A DNA stretch of 64,000 nt from Gloeobacterales cyanobacterium (GTDB lineage: Bacteria > Cyanobacteriota > Cyanobacteriia > Gloeobacterales > PMM-0068), in contig JBBRSB010000005.1 in assembly GCA_038245785.1 (NCBI GenBank), positions 64,001 to 128,000 on the forward strand, in the 5' to 3' direction. Position numbers and translations under genes: made by a program. The notes beneath the pieces were generated by a model, which saw only the letters and a program-made list of their open reading frames with translations, did no database searches and was not told where the DNA came from. Shown piece after piece: positions 52,171-62,339 of this stretch (its first letter is position 1; each line of letters opens with the position of its first letter).

Positions 52171-54969
52171 ATGCATGAAGCTTTGGACGGACCTCTTTTT
52201 ATGCCTCAAAATCCTTATGGAACCTTCGATTCGACGAACAACATCAACGATGGCACTTCTCGTGATATGGAATTAATCGGTATGCTTGGTGATAGTAGTA
52301 TGTATTCTGATAACCCCATGAATGCTCAATCCGAAACCAACCCACCTTTTTCGCCTCCTTCTGGCGAGTTGGGTAACCCGTATTCTGGATATGATGCACC
52401 CACAGACATAAGGGATGCAGGTACTGAGTCTGAAGCGGACCAGTATTCTCCAACGAGCATTGTGCTCTCTTCAAACAATGTCAAACAGGATAATCAGCCT
52501 TTCTACGATCTGACTATGCCTTCTGCGGTATTGATGTCCTTTAATCGGCTGTTCCGTAAAGCCTTTAACCAACAAGATGTTCTCAGAACCTTGGTTCTTG
52601 AAACCAGGCAACTCCTCAAGGCTGACCGGGTAGTTGTTTATCGCCTCAACGATGACTTTATGAGTGGTGTGATTGTCCAGGAGTCTGTGGGGCCAGGTTT
52701 TCCACAAGCACTCGGCAGGCACATTGAGGACCCCTGTTTTAGAGACTGGTATGAGAAGTACTACAGAGAAGGTCACGTTACCTGTATCAACAATATTTAT
52801 GAAGCCAACTTTGCTAAATGCTATATCGAAGCATTAGAACGACTAGAAGTAAAGGCCAATTTAGTAGTTCCTCTGCTCGAAGGAGATGAGCTGTTTGGTT
52901 TGGTGGTTGCTCATCAGTGTTCAAGACCGAGGGAATGGCAACAAAACGAGATCGATCTATTTGCTCAGATAGCGATGCAGGCAGGAGTTGCGCTAGAACG
53001 AGTTAGCTTATCTGGACAACGACAAGCAGAAGCTAAACGGGTAGAACTACAGGCAAATATTAGCCGCTTACTTCATCGCGATGGACTTGATTGGAATGGA
53101 GTTCTTAAAACCTCGGTTGTCGAGACAAAACAAGCGCTCATGGCGGACCGAGTTGCAATTTATCGCCTCAACGAGGATTACCTAAGTGGCACTATCATTC
53201 AGGAATCTGTGGCTCCTGGTTTTCCACAAGTACTGAATCGGGAAATAGAAGACCCTTGTTTTAAAGAATGGTATGTGAGTTATTACAGAGAAGGTCGAAT
53301 CACTGTTATTAACGATATTCACAAAACTGATTTCGCCCAATGCTACATCGATGCTCTAGAGCGGATTAGCGTAAAGGCTAATATGGTTGCAGCGATTGTT
53401 GTGGATCAGCAGTTATTTGGTTTACTCGTAGCCCATCAGTGCTCTAGGCCAAGAGAATGGCAACAGGCTGAGATTGACTTATTCTCTCAGATAGCTATTC
53501 AGACGGGTGTTGCTCTAGACCGGGCTAGCCTCCTTGACCAACGTAAGGCTGAATCAAAGAAGGTAAAAGAGCAGGTAGGCATTACCAAGATGCTTCATCA
53601 AGAAGCACTCAGCTTGGGTGATGTTCTGAAAACGACAGTCCTTGAAACACGACAGGCGATCAAAGCCGATCGAGTGATCATCTTGCGATTTGATGAGAAC
53701 TTCAGTGGTGTTGTGACCCAGGAGTCTGTTGCTCCTGGTCTGCCAAAGGCTCTGAATAGACAGATTGAGGATCCTTGCTTTAGGGACGAGTATGCACAGC
53801 ATTACAAAGAAGGCAAAGTTACAACCATTAATGATATTTACAAAGCTAGCTTTGCCCGGTGCTACATCGAAGCACTGGAGCGCCTGGAAGTCAAAGCTAA
53901 CATGGTTGCCCCTATTGTCAGAGATGAGCCATTATTGGGTCCGCAATTGTACGGACTACTCATTGCTCATCAGTGTTCAGGACCACGGGAGTGGAATCAA
54001 GCGGAAATTAATTTATTTACTCAGGTTGCCTTCCAAACCGGGTTTGCTCTGGAACGGGCTGATTTGCTAGAAAGCAGAGAAACAGACGTGAACAAAGCTT
54101 TCGCTCAGACCGATACGCTACTCCAAATGGTGCGCAAGCCGGTAAGCGAAGAAGATATCTTGAAAGAGGCTGTTGCAGAAGTTCGGCAGATCTTGAAGCC
54201 AGACCGGGCGATGGTTCTCCGTTTTAATGATGACTGGAGTGCCATTGTTACCCAAGAATCTGTGGGTTCTGGTTGGCCCGAAGCTATGTACCGACGTATT
54301 GAAGATCCCTCATTTGAAGAGTGGTATGCCCAGCATTACCAAGAAGAAGGCAAGGTATATGCTATCGGCAGCACCCGTGAGGCGTCTGACTATTGCATCA
54401 AAGCGCTAGAACAGATTGGGGCAACAGCCTACCTCGTAGCTCCGATTACCAGAGGACAAAAACTATTGGGTCTATTAATTTCCCAGCAGCTCTCAGGCCC
54501 TCAGGAATGGCGGCAATCTGCCATTGATGCCTTCAATCAGATAGCGATGCGAGCCAGTTTTGTTTTAGAGCAAAAAGAAATGCAGGAGCAGCAACAAGTA
54601 CTGCTAAAAGAAAAATTTGATCTCCTAGCGCAAGGTGAACGTGCAAGCGAAGCCCTGGCGGTGGTTGGCATCAGCCAAGAGGAAATGCAGAAGCAACGGG
54701 AAGAATTGCAAAAACAGCAAGAGGAATTGATTCGGCAAAAGCAAGAACTGATGGAGCAAGGGGAAGCTGCCCGTAAAGCACTGGTTGCTGCCAGTCTGGA
54801 TCAGAAAACGCTGCGAGAGCAGCGGGAAGTTTTGCTCAAGCAACGGTCCGCTTTGCTGAAGCAGCGCAAGGAATTACTGGAGCGTTTGAATAGAGGGGCA
54901 GACAAGGTAGAGAAAGATGACAATATCAATGTTCTTGAGAAACTTAGAAGGCTATGGCCGCCACGTTAA
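52171..54969 (+). CDS. four-GAF cyanobacteriochrome (three DXCF domains plus one degenerate) with a coiled-coil tail
   Basis: Three repeats of ADRV...EDPCF...CYIE/DAL...AHQCS.PREW; the fourth has DPSF/YC; no kinase, MCP or GGDEF domain. Confidence 0.9.
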   Translation: MHEALDGPLFMPQNPYGTFDSTNNINDGTSRDMELIGMLGDSSMYSDNPMNAQSETNPPFSPPSGELGNPYSGYDAPTDIRDAGTESEADQYSPTSIVLSSNNVKQDNQPFYDLTMPSAVLMSFNRLFRKAFNQQDVLRTLVLETRQLLKADRVVVYRLNDDFMSGVIVQESVGPGFPQALGRHIEDPCFRDWYEKYYREGHVTCINNIYEANFAKCYIEALERLEVKANLVVPLLEGDELFGLVVAHQCSRPREWQQNEIDLFAQIAMQAGVALERVSLSGQRQAEAKRVELQANISRLLHRDGLDWNGVLKTSVVETKQALMADRVAIYRLNEDYLSGTIIQESVAPGFPQVLNREIEDPCFKEWYVSYYREGRITVINDIHKTDFAQCYIDALERISVKANMVAAIVVDQQLFGLLVAHQCSRPREWQQAEIDLFSQIAIQTGVALDRASLLDQRKAESKKVKEQVGITKMLHQEALSLGDVLKTTVLETRQAIKADRVIILRFDENFSGVVTQESVAPGLPKALNRQIEDPCFRDEYAQHYKEGKVTTINDIYKASFARCYIEALERLEVKANMVAPIVRDEPLLGPQLYGLLIAHQCSGPREWNQAEINLFTQVAFQTGFALERADLLESRETDVNKAFAQTDTLLQMVRKPVSEEDILKEAVAEVRQILKPDRAMVLRFNDDWSAIVTQESVGSGWPEAMYRRIEDPSFEEWYAQHYQEEGKVYAIGSTREASDYCIKALEQIGATAYLVAPITRGQKLLGLLISQQLSGPQEWRQSAIDAFNQIAMRASFVLEQKEMQEQQQVLLKEKFDLLAQGERASEALAVVGISQEEMQKQREELQKQQEELIRQKQELMEQGEAARKALVAASLDQKTLREQREVLLKQRSALLKQRKELLERLNRGADKVEKDDNINVLEKLRRLWPPR

Positions 54970-55526
54970 ACAGTGCTTGAGCGGCTCGTGAGATAGAGAT
55001 CTACCGTATTTTCTCCTGCTCCTCGAATAGAAACTTCGGCATCTCTCCCGAAGAAACTGTTTAGTTTATCCTGTTTCTCTTTCCACTTCTCCAAAGGGGC
55101 CTTAGGAGAATCGAAGCGGAGTATCAAGGTATATCGACCATCCAAAATCTTCTCATCAAAAGCAGACAATTTTGGGATGCCACTCTCCCGATACGTCAGC
55201 TTCAGACGGGCAAGAGGCTCTTCCATGTGTGTTTTCTTTAGATAGACATACTGAGCGATGTCTTGCAAAATTTGTTTCTGAATAGGGGTCTGTTGACTTA
55301 GGTACTTTTCCAAATCAATAGGAGGTGGATTCAGGCGGGGTGAGGGTTTTACCTCATTTATCTTGAGGGGAATAGCAGCAAAAAGTGCAAATACGCCAAA
55401 GTAAAAGCCGACAAAGCTGAGATTAGTCAATAAATCGCTTTTCTCTGGAATAAAATAGCAGACTGCAAAAAGTCCCAGAAATACGACAGTAAGACCGACA
55501 ACTAAGTTCGCAACAGAAAATTTCAT
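54966..55526 (-). CDS. DUF2854-family membrane protein
   Basis: Two N-terminal TMs, LK.NEVKP, TPIQKQI..D, W..KQ.KL..FFG. Confidence 0.7.
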   Translation of the reverse strand: MKFSVANLVVGLTVVFLGLFAVCYFIPEKSDLLTNLSFVGFYFGVFALFAAIPLKINEVKPSPRLNPPPIDLEKYLSQQTPIQKQILQDIAQYVYLKKTHMEEPLARLKLTYRESGIPKLSAFDEKILDGRYTLILRFDSPKAPLEKWKEKQDKLNSFFGRDAEVSIRGAGENTVDLYLTSRSSTV

Positions 55527-55585
55527 AGACTCATCATAAATTTTTCTGGCCTCAAAAGTGTATCAACACAGGCTGAGATCTTGGT

Positions 55586-55921
55586 TTAGCGTCTAGTCAG
55601 AGATTCCCGAATCATATTCTGTGCCTCAATCCGGGCGGCAAGACGGTCACAGACGATATCGCAAAGATCAAAGATCACGGGGTCAGTAATTGCGTAGATT
55701 GCACTGGTGCCCTCTGTGCGGCGGCTGACAATTCCAGCATCCAATAAGATCCGCAAATGTTTGGACACATTGGCCTGATTACCTTCAAGGATTTCTACTA
55801 CCTGCCCTACCGTCCTATCTCCGCTGCGGAGTACATTGAGGATTTTTAGGCGCATAGGTTCAGCAAGTACTTGAAAGTAGGCTGCGACTTGAGTAAGAAC
55901 ATCTTCACTGAAAGTTTTCAT
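55586..55921 (-). CDS. ArsR/SmtB-family regulator
   Basis: FQVLAEPMRLKIL...QANVSKHL...Y.ITDP.IF.LC. Confidence 0.93.
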   Translation of the reverse strand: MKTFSEDVLTQVAAYFQVLAEPMRLKILNVLRSGDRTVGQVVEILEGNQANVSKHLRILLDAGIVSRRTEGTSAIYAITDPVIFDLCDIVCDRLAARIEAQNMIRESLTRR

Positions 55922-56247
55922 GGTTTTAGAAGAAAGTATGCAGTTGAACTTATTCTATTATCCCTCCTTCTCTATTTTATACAACTAGATAACGATGCAG
56001 CAATACATATATTCAGAGATCAGGAGGTTGGGAGCACGTAACTTGGAATAGTAGAACATTAGAATTTGGGCAGCTGATGATGAGAGCGATGGAGCACTCG
56101 GTTTGCAGGCCGCAACCCTCTAGCAAAGTTGACCTATGACCAGCAAAAGTCACAGCTATCCGAAGCACACTATGACTTGGCTTTGGTTTATCGAATAAAT
56201 TCGGATGACGAGAAAAGTCCTTAATTTAGCAAAACAGGAGAAAATCC

Positions 56248-56700
56248 ATGGGACAGCGGGGAGAGGGTTGGGTAATTATCCAGGTCATTTTATTCGCCTT
56301 AATTGCTTTAGCTCCCCAAGGTTCCTTTCCTTGGATTGCTACCTGGATATCTGTGTCTTTTGGTCTTTTATCCTTGGGTTTTGGTCTGGTTTTATTGTTT
56401 GCGAGTGTCCTCAACTTGGGGAAAAATTTAACTCCTTTTCCCCGCCCAATACCTAATGGTCAATTGGTGACCACAGGTATTTACAGTCTTGTTCGCCATC
56501 CTATGTATTTCAGTGTAATTCTTGTGTGCTTGGGCTTTTCCCTGCTAACTATTAATCCTATACGCTTGGGACTGACAGGCCTAATTTTTGTATTTCTTGA
56601 TGCCAAGTCTCGTCAAGAAGAGACCTGGCTCAAACAACAATACCCAAACTATATTGACTATCAGAGGCGAACTAAAAAATTAATTCCTTGGATTTATTAG
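56248..56700 (+). CDS. isoprenylcysteine carboxylmethyltransferase/PEMT-family membrane protein
   Basis: LVTTGIYSLVRHPMY, EE.WL...YP.Y..Y..RTKKLIP; RBS AGGAG. Confidence 0.88.
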   Translation: MGQRGEGWVIIQVILFALIALAPQGSFPWIATWISVSFGLLSLGFGLVLLFASVLNLGKNLTPFPRPIPNGQLVTTGIYSLVRHPMYFSVILVCLGFSLLTINPIRLGLTGLIFVFLDAKSRQEETWLKQQYPNYIDYQRRTKKLIPWIY

Positions 56701-56877
56701 AGGGCGCTTATCCCTGAATCCATAGGACAACTTTGCAACTTTATAAATCAAGTGCTATATTAGCTATAAGTTATGCTTATCATGCACAAAGAAAATCCGG
56801 CAAGGTATTTTCTAATGATTTGCACATTGCACATTTACAGATCCTGATAAATTCGATTTCACGAGATATAACAACCT

Positions 56878-57909
56878 ATGAAGATTGCTCAAATCGCGCC
56901 GCTCTGGGAACAGGTCCCTCCGCCTCGCTATGGAGGAATTGAACTGATTGTTAGCTTGCTTACCGATGAACTAGTCCGCCGTGGTCACGAGGTGACGCTA
57001 TTCGCCTCAGGAGACTCCATTACAAAAGCTTCACTAGTTTCTTTTCATGACCGAGCGCTGCGGCTTGATAAAAGCGTAAAAGAGCCCTCCGTTTATGAAC
57101 AGATGATGCTGAGCCATGTATACCAGCATGCTCACGAATTCGACATTATTCACTCCCATGTCGGTTGTCCTGCTCTGCCTTTTGCCGCCTTTGTTAAGAC
57201 TCCGACAGTGCATACAACCCATGGTATTTTCACACCCGATAATGAAAAGCTTTTTCAGCATTTTGCGCACCATCGATATGTCAGCATCAGTGAAGCACAA
57301 CGAGAACCTCGTCTAGGTTTGAACTATATTCACACGGTCTATAACGGCATTGACATAAGCATCTATCCTTTCCGAGAAGAGCCGATTCAGCCAGCCTATC
57401 TTGCTTTTGTTGGTCGCCTTTCCCCAGAAAAAGGACCTCAAGAAGCTATTGCTATTGCTCAGGCCACAGGGCTTCCACTAAAGATGGCTGGAAAAATAGA
57501 TGTGGTCGACCAAGCATTTTATGAAGAGCATTTACTTCCTCTTATAGATGGGGACCAGATTCAATATCTTGGTGAAGTTTCTCACGAACAGAAAGTAGAG
57601 CTTTTAGCAGGGGCTACCGTCACCTTATTTCCGATTACCTGGCGAGAACCGTTTGGATTAGTGATGATTGAGTCAATGGCTACGGGCACGCCGGTAGTGG
57701 GTATGGCTCTTGGTTCGGTTCCCGAGGTGATTAAACATGGGAAAACAGGCTTCATTTGTAACAGTCGTGAAGAGATGGCAGAAGCTGTCCTTTCTGCCAT
57801 TAAGCTAGACCGTAGAGCATGTAGAGAACATATACTCAATCGATTTAATGTTCAGAAGATGACGGATGAATATGAAAGAGCTTATCGGATGGCTCTGGGG
57901 CAAGAATAG
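56878..57909 (+). CDS. glycosyltransferase family 4
   Basis: MKIAQIAP...PP..YGGIE, GRLSPEKG, EPFGLVMIESMA.GTPV. Confidence 0.95.
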   Translation: MKIAQIAPLWEQVPPPRYGGIELIVSLLTDELVRRGHEVTLFASGDSITKASLVSFHDRALRLDKSVKEPSVYEQMMLSHVYQHAHEFDIIHSHVGCPALPFAAFVKTPTVHTTHGIFTPDNEKLFQHFAHHRYVSISEAQREPRLGLNYIHTVYNGIDISIYPFREEPIQPAYLAFVGRLSPEKGPQEAIAIAQATGLPLKMAGKIDVVDQAFYEEHLLPLIDGDQIQYLGEVSHEQKVELLAGATVTLFPITWREPFGLVMIESMATGTPVVGMALGSVPEVIKHGKTGFICNSREEMAEAVLSAIKLDRRACREHILNRFNVQKMTDEYERAYRMALGQE

Positions 57910-58074
57910 CAACGACCATGTGTAATAAGTAACATTTTAAACATGTCGAATCTTTAAGCAATGCTTAAGCCTCGAATGTGCCAGGGTTATCCCTGACGCG
58001 AGAGTTCTTTTTGTGGTTAAGTTGTGTATAGAAATCACCATTGAACTATAGCGATCCCTGGGAACTCTTGTGGA

Positions 58075-60372
58075 ATGACTTTAGATATCCTAGAAGTAAA
58101 ACATGCTGATGCGGATAATATGGACAACAAAATTTTTGTCCCCGCTGACCAAATGCCGATCCCCGAATGGCCTTCTGTACTGGGTGAACGGCCACAGCCC
58201 ACCCTCACCCTTAAAGAAGATGAGCTGTTTTTAATCACCGATACTCTGGGCAACATTGCTGGTTTCATTGGAGATGACATGGCTGCCAGCATGGGCCTGT
58301 TCTGTAACGACACGCGGTTTCTGAGCCGTTTGGAGTTGCAAATTGACGGTCGGCCTCCTGTGCTCTTGAACAGCACTGCGGAGAAAGGGTTCATGCTGTC
58401 CGTCTTGTGTACGAATCCACAGATTGAAACGGGATCCACCATCCTCCGTGGGGACAGCTTGGGCATCCGGCGGGAAATAGTCCTAAGTGATGGTCTATTT
58501 GAAGAAATAGAAGTTTGTAACTATTCCACTCAGGCTGTCAGTTTTGAACTCAGTCTCAGTTTTGATGCCGATTTTGTCGATTTATTTGAAGTCCGTGGCG
58601 CTAAGCGAGCACAGCGCGGGAAAATCCTGCGAGAAGTTAGAGAAGACTCTAAACTTTCTCTTGAACTCAAAGCAGAGTCATCACAACCTCGTTATCAGTC
58701 TTCCCGTATTGAAGATCTCACCCTGGCCTATCAGGGCCTGGATCAGTCTTTAGTCGAGTCTTACATTCAGTTTGTCCATTGCCTACCTGATGAACTCAAA
58801 GGTTACACGGCCATCTGGCGTCTTAATTTAGCTTCTCACGAAACCCAGAAGCTAGGTTATCGCCTGCAGATGTTTACCGATAAGAAACTTACTTCTCAAG
58901 CCAGTCCTCCGGGAACGCTAGTCCAAGCGAAAGCAGCAGAATCGTTGGAGGAGCAAACCTGGAGCCAGCAGGTTACTCGGATCTCCTCAGATGACCCAAC
59001 GTTTAACCAAATCATTGAACGGGCGCAGCAAGATATCTATTTATTACGTCAAACTTTTGGCAAAAATAAAGCCCTTTCTGCAGGAGTACCTTGGTTTTCT
59101 ACCTTATTTGGCCGTGATTCTATTATTAGTGCCTCACAAACTTTGATTTTGGACCCTACTATCGCCCGTGATACCCTCACGGTCTTGGCACAATATCAGG
59201 GCAAGGTGGAAGACGAATGGCGCGATGAGCAGCCGGGCAAGATTCTGCATGAATTGCGGGTTGGTGAAATGGCCCGTTGCGGAGAGGTTCCGCATACCCC
59301 TTATTACGGCACGGTAGATGCCACCCCTCTATGGCTTATGCTCTACGCCGAGTACTATGCCTGGACCCATGACCGAGAGACCTTGGAGCGTCTATGGCCC
59401 AATGCTCGTGCCGCTATGGAATGGGTCGACCGCAACTGTAGAGACTTAGGTTATCTAAACTATGCGCGCAAATCTAAACGAGGATTGGCCAACCAGGGCT
59501 GGAAAGATTCAGAAGACTGCATCGTGGACCGGAAGGGGCAGATAGCAACGGGGCCGATTGCCCTGGCTGAAGTCCAAGCCTATGTCTATGCTGCGAAAAT
59601 GCGCTTGAGTGAAATTGCCCGTTTGAGAAAACGGATTGATCTGTCAGACCGTTGGCAAGAAGAAGCCAGAGCACTTAAGGTTCGTTTTAATCGGGACTTT
59701 TGGGTAGAAGACCAGGATTACTGTGCCTTGGCCTTGGATGGAGAAGGACATCAGGTGGATAGCATTAGCTCTAATCCTGGTCACTGCCTGCATCTGGGAA
59801 TTTTGGATGATGAGAAAGCGCACAGCGTTGCCGAGCGTCTACGGGCTACGGATATGTTTAATGGCTGGGGGATTCGCACCCTCAGCAGCCTTTCTCCAGC
59901 CTACAATCCCATGGGCTATCATGTTGGCTCCGTCTGGCCCCATGACAATGCCTTGATTGCGATGGGTTTGCGTTCACTAGGAATTACAGACCAAGCCCTC
60001 GAACTTTCTAAAAGCCTGTTCGACATGACCTTACATCAACCATACAAGCGTCCCCCAGAGCTTTTCTGTGGCTATGGACGAACGAATGACAATGCGCCTG
60101 TCCAGTACCCCGTAGCCTGTTCGCCCCAGGCATGGGCAACGGGAAGCATTTTCCAGTTACTGCAGATGATGGCAAACTTAGTGCCGGATGCACCCAGTAA
60201 TTGTTTGCGGATTATTGAGCCAGCCCTACCTGAATCTATGAACCGTCTTTCTTTTCAGAATCTGCGGGTCGGGTCTACGCTGGTTGACCTGGAATTCGAG
60301 CGCTCCGGCAGTACTACCGCCTGTCGGGTAGCTAGAAAGCGGGGAAATCTTCGGGTGTTCATTGAAGCATAA
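58075..60372 (+). CDS. amylo-alpha-1,6-glucosidase / glycogen debranching family protein
   Basis: AGVPWFSTLFGRDS, PYYGTVDATPL, NQGWKDS, YHVGSVWPHDN, CSPQAWA. Confidence 0.93.
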   Translation: MTLDILEVKHADADNMDNKIFVPADQMPIPEWPSVLGERPQPTLTLKEDELFLITDTLGNIAGFIGDDMAASMGLFCNDTRFLSRLELQIDGRPPVLLNSTAEKGFMLSVLCTNPQIETGSTILRGDSLGIRREIVLSDGLFEEIEVCNYSTQAVSFELSLSFDADFVDLFEVRGAKRAQRGKILREVREDSKLSLELKAESSQPRYQSSRIEDLTLAYQGLDQSLVESYIQFVHCLPDELKGYTAIWRLNLASHETQKLGYRLQMFTDKKLTSQASPPGTLVQAKAAESLEEQTWSQQVTRISSDDPTFNQIIERAQQDIYLLRQTFGKNKALSAGVPWFSTLFGRDSIISASQTLILDPTIARDTLTVLAQYQGKVEDEWRDEQPGKILHELRVGEMARCGEVPHTPYYGTVDATPLWLMLYAEYYAWTHDRETLERLWPNARAAMEWVDRNCRDLGYLNYARKSKRGLANQGWKDSEDCIVDRKGQIATGPIALAEVQAYVYAAKMRLSEIARLRKRIDLSDRWQEEARALKVRFNRDFWVEDQDYCALALDGEGHQVDSISSNPGHCLHLGILDDEKAHSVAERLRATDMFNGWGIRTLSSLSPAYNPMGYHVGSVWPHDNALIAMGLRSLGITDQALELSKSLFDMTLHQPYKRPPELFCGYGRTNDNAPVQYPVACSPQAWATGSIFQLLQMMANLVPDAPSNCLRIIEPALPESMNRLSFQNLRVGSTLVDLEFERSGSTTACRVARKRGNLRVFIEA

Positions 60373-60407
60373 CCAAACTTTTTCTTGCACAAGAAAAAGT
60401 TTGGTTA
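60370..60407. terminator. perfect 18-bp inverted repeat between convergent genes (probable bidirectional terminator)
   Basis: TAACCAAACTTTTTCTTG-CA-CAAGAAAAAGTTTGGTTA. Confidence 0.75.
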
Positions 60408-60440
60408 AAGCTTTAGCCTGGTAGATTCTTCTGATACTGA

Positions 60441-62339
60441 CTACATGCGCTCCATGGACGGGTTGGCTTGTGCTTGGCCAAAGGAATACAACTTGTGCCC
60501 TGTAAAACTCAGGAGGGCTACGCAACCCGCACTTAGGATACGGGCTGCAGTGGAGTTCCACTGGAAATCATTGGTTAGTACCTGCATTAGACCTAGATTC
60601 GCAAGGAAACTATTTAGGGCCACTCCTGCAAATACTGCATACTGTATCCGCCAGTTGCTCCAATAAACGCCGAACACGAAGCGACGACTCAGCCAGAAGT
60701 TGACCGATAGCCCTAAGAAATAACTTATACAAAGTGCGGCGACATCCCATACTCCGACTCTAGTTAAACCAGAAAACATCACCACATCAACAACCGTTGC
60801 TATTCCACCTGTCATCAGATAGCTAAGCAGTTGTTCACTAAGCTTTTTACCTGAATCACTGGACTTCTGTGGGCTGAGAGCTTTAGGCGCCGGAGCAGGC
60901 GTAGTCACTTCTTCCGGCTTTGCTTCCTCCTGATATTCACTATCAGAATTGACAGACCAGAGGTCATGTTTGCCAGGAGTGGTTACATTCTCTGCAGCCA
61001 TGATTCCCATCAGTAAGCTGTGGTCCTGATTGTTGTATTTGAAAGCTCCATAGCGGCCCACAACCTGTAGATTGTTAAACTCTTGCACATACCCCTGAAT
61101 ACTAGCCAAGGCTTCTTTATATTCCCCAGCATAGATAGGATAGGTTCGAGGCAGACGTAAGATAAATCCACTGGATACTTTCTCATCATCCAATAGTTTG
61201 ATTTGCCTTAGGTCTCGCTCAGCTTGCTTGAGGAACTCATCCTCAGATTTTTGCCAGTCCTCATCAAAATCACACCAATACTCGCAGCACAAAGGGGTTT
61301 GGTGCTGATTAGGCAACATGTCCGGAGACCAGTTGGCAAAATTGGTGACGCGGCCAAGCTTGACGCTGGGCTCATTGATATATAACCAATTATCGGGAAA
61401 CAGCTTTCCGCTTTCTACGATCAGATAAACCAAGACCGTATTGCGAAACTTCAAAGATTTGGCGCTTTCTACGACGGGTTTAGGAGCCTCTGGTGTAAGT
61501 TGTTGAACAAGGTGCGTGAGGGGAATCGAAGAAATAACACCGCCACAATCTACCGTTTCTTCCAAGCCTGTCTGAAGATTTTTCAAGGTTACTTGGGTCG
61601 CTTGAGCATTTTCGTGATAAATGCGCACCACTTGGGTATTCAAGAGAACAGTCTGGTTATGGCTACGCAGGAAGTCCGCAGTCATTTCGTACAGTTGTCC
61701 AGAGCCTAAACGAGGGAACTGAAACTGGTCGATAAGGCTTTTCACCTTGCCATCATTGCCCAGCAGCGCATTGCGAACTGCTTTCAGAAGCGATAAGCCT
61801 TTGATACGTTGAGCCGCCCAATCAGCACTAATGTCTGTACAGGGAATACCCCATAGCTTTTGGGTATAGCCTTCAAAAAATATCTCAAAGAGACGCTTGC
61901 CAAATCTACCGCTAACCCATTCAGCAAAGTTTTGAGGGGAACGGTTAGGAAACAACTGAGCCTGTATGTACGACAACACGATACGGGCGCTTTCGACGAA
62001 GCCAAGAGAAAACAGGGCTTCAAATGCTTTCAAGGGATAGCTAAAATACTTATTGCCATAGTAAATACGGGTTAGACGATTTACTGTTACTTGCTCTCGG
62101 CCCAACACCTCATCCCAGAAAGCGAGTACAGGAGCAAGTTTCGTAAAGAAACGATGGGGGCCGTAATCTAGAATAAAGCCTTGATACTCAATACTTTTGG
62201 CAAATCCACCGACCTTAGAATCTTGCTCAACTACTACAACAGAATGGCCTTGTTTCGTCAGACTGTAAGCAGCTGCTAGCCCTGCAGGCCCACCGCCTAA
62301 TACATAGATAGGTGCGGCTTGTGTATGGTAACTAGACAT
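60441..62339 (-). CDS. FAD-dependent oxidoreductase (HemY/UDP-galactopyranose mutase-like) fused to a C-terminal GtrA domain
   Basis: GGGPAGL, DYGPHRFF, GRYGAFKYNNQDHS; proline-rich linker; then four-TM GtrA (YLMTGGIATVVD...NFWLSRRFVF); start 62339 or 62351. Confidence 0.85.
   Translation of the reverse strand: MSSYHTQAAPIYVLGGGPAGLAAAYSLTKQGHSVVVVEQDSKVGGFAKSIEYQGFILDYGPHRFFTKLAPVLAFWDEVLGREQVTVNRLTRIYYGNKYFSYPLKAFEALFSLGFVESARIVLSYIQAQLFPNRSPQNFAEWVSGRFGKRLFEIFFEGYTQKLWGIPCTDISADWAAQRIKGLSLLKAVRNALLGNDGKVKSLIDQFQFPRLGSGQLYEMTADFLRSHNQTVLLNTQVVRIYHENAQATQVTLKNLQTGLEETVDCGGVISSIPLTHLVQQLTPEAPKPVVESAKSLKFRNTVLVYLIVESGKLFPDNWLYINEPSVKLGRVTNFANWSPDMLPNQHQTPLCCEYWCDFDEDWQKSEDEFLKQAERDLRQIKLLDDEKVSSGFILRLPRTYPIYAGEYKEALASIQGYVQEFNNLQVVGRYGAFKYNNQDHSLLMGIMAAENVTTPGKHDLWSVNSDSEYQEEAKPEEVTTPAPAPKALSPQKSSDSGKKLSEQLLSYLMTGGIATVVDVVMFSGLTRVGVWDVAALCISYFLGLSVNFWLSRRFVFGVYWSNWRIQYAVFAGVALNSFLANLGLMQVLTNDFQWNSTAARILSAGCVALLSFTGHKLYSFGQAQANPSMERM

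Noticed and set aside
56090..56224. TPR-like peptide remnant (SEAHYDLALVYR) between arsR and the methyltransferase
   Set aside because: A single short motif with no start codon in frame; could be chance.
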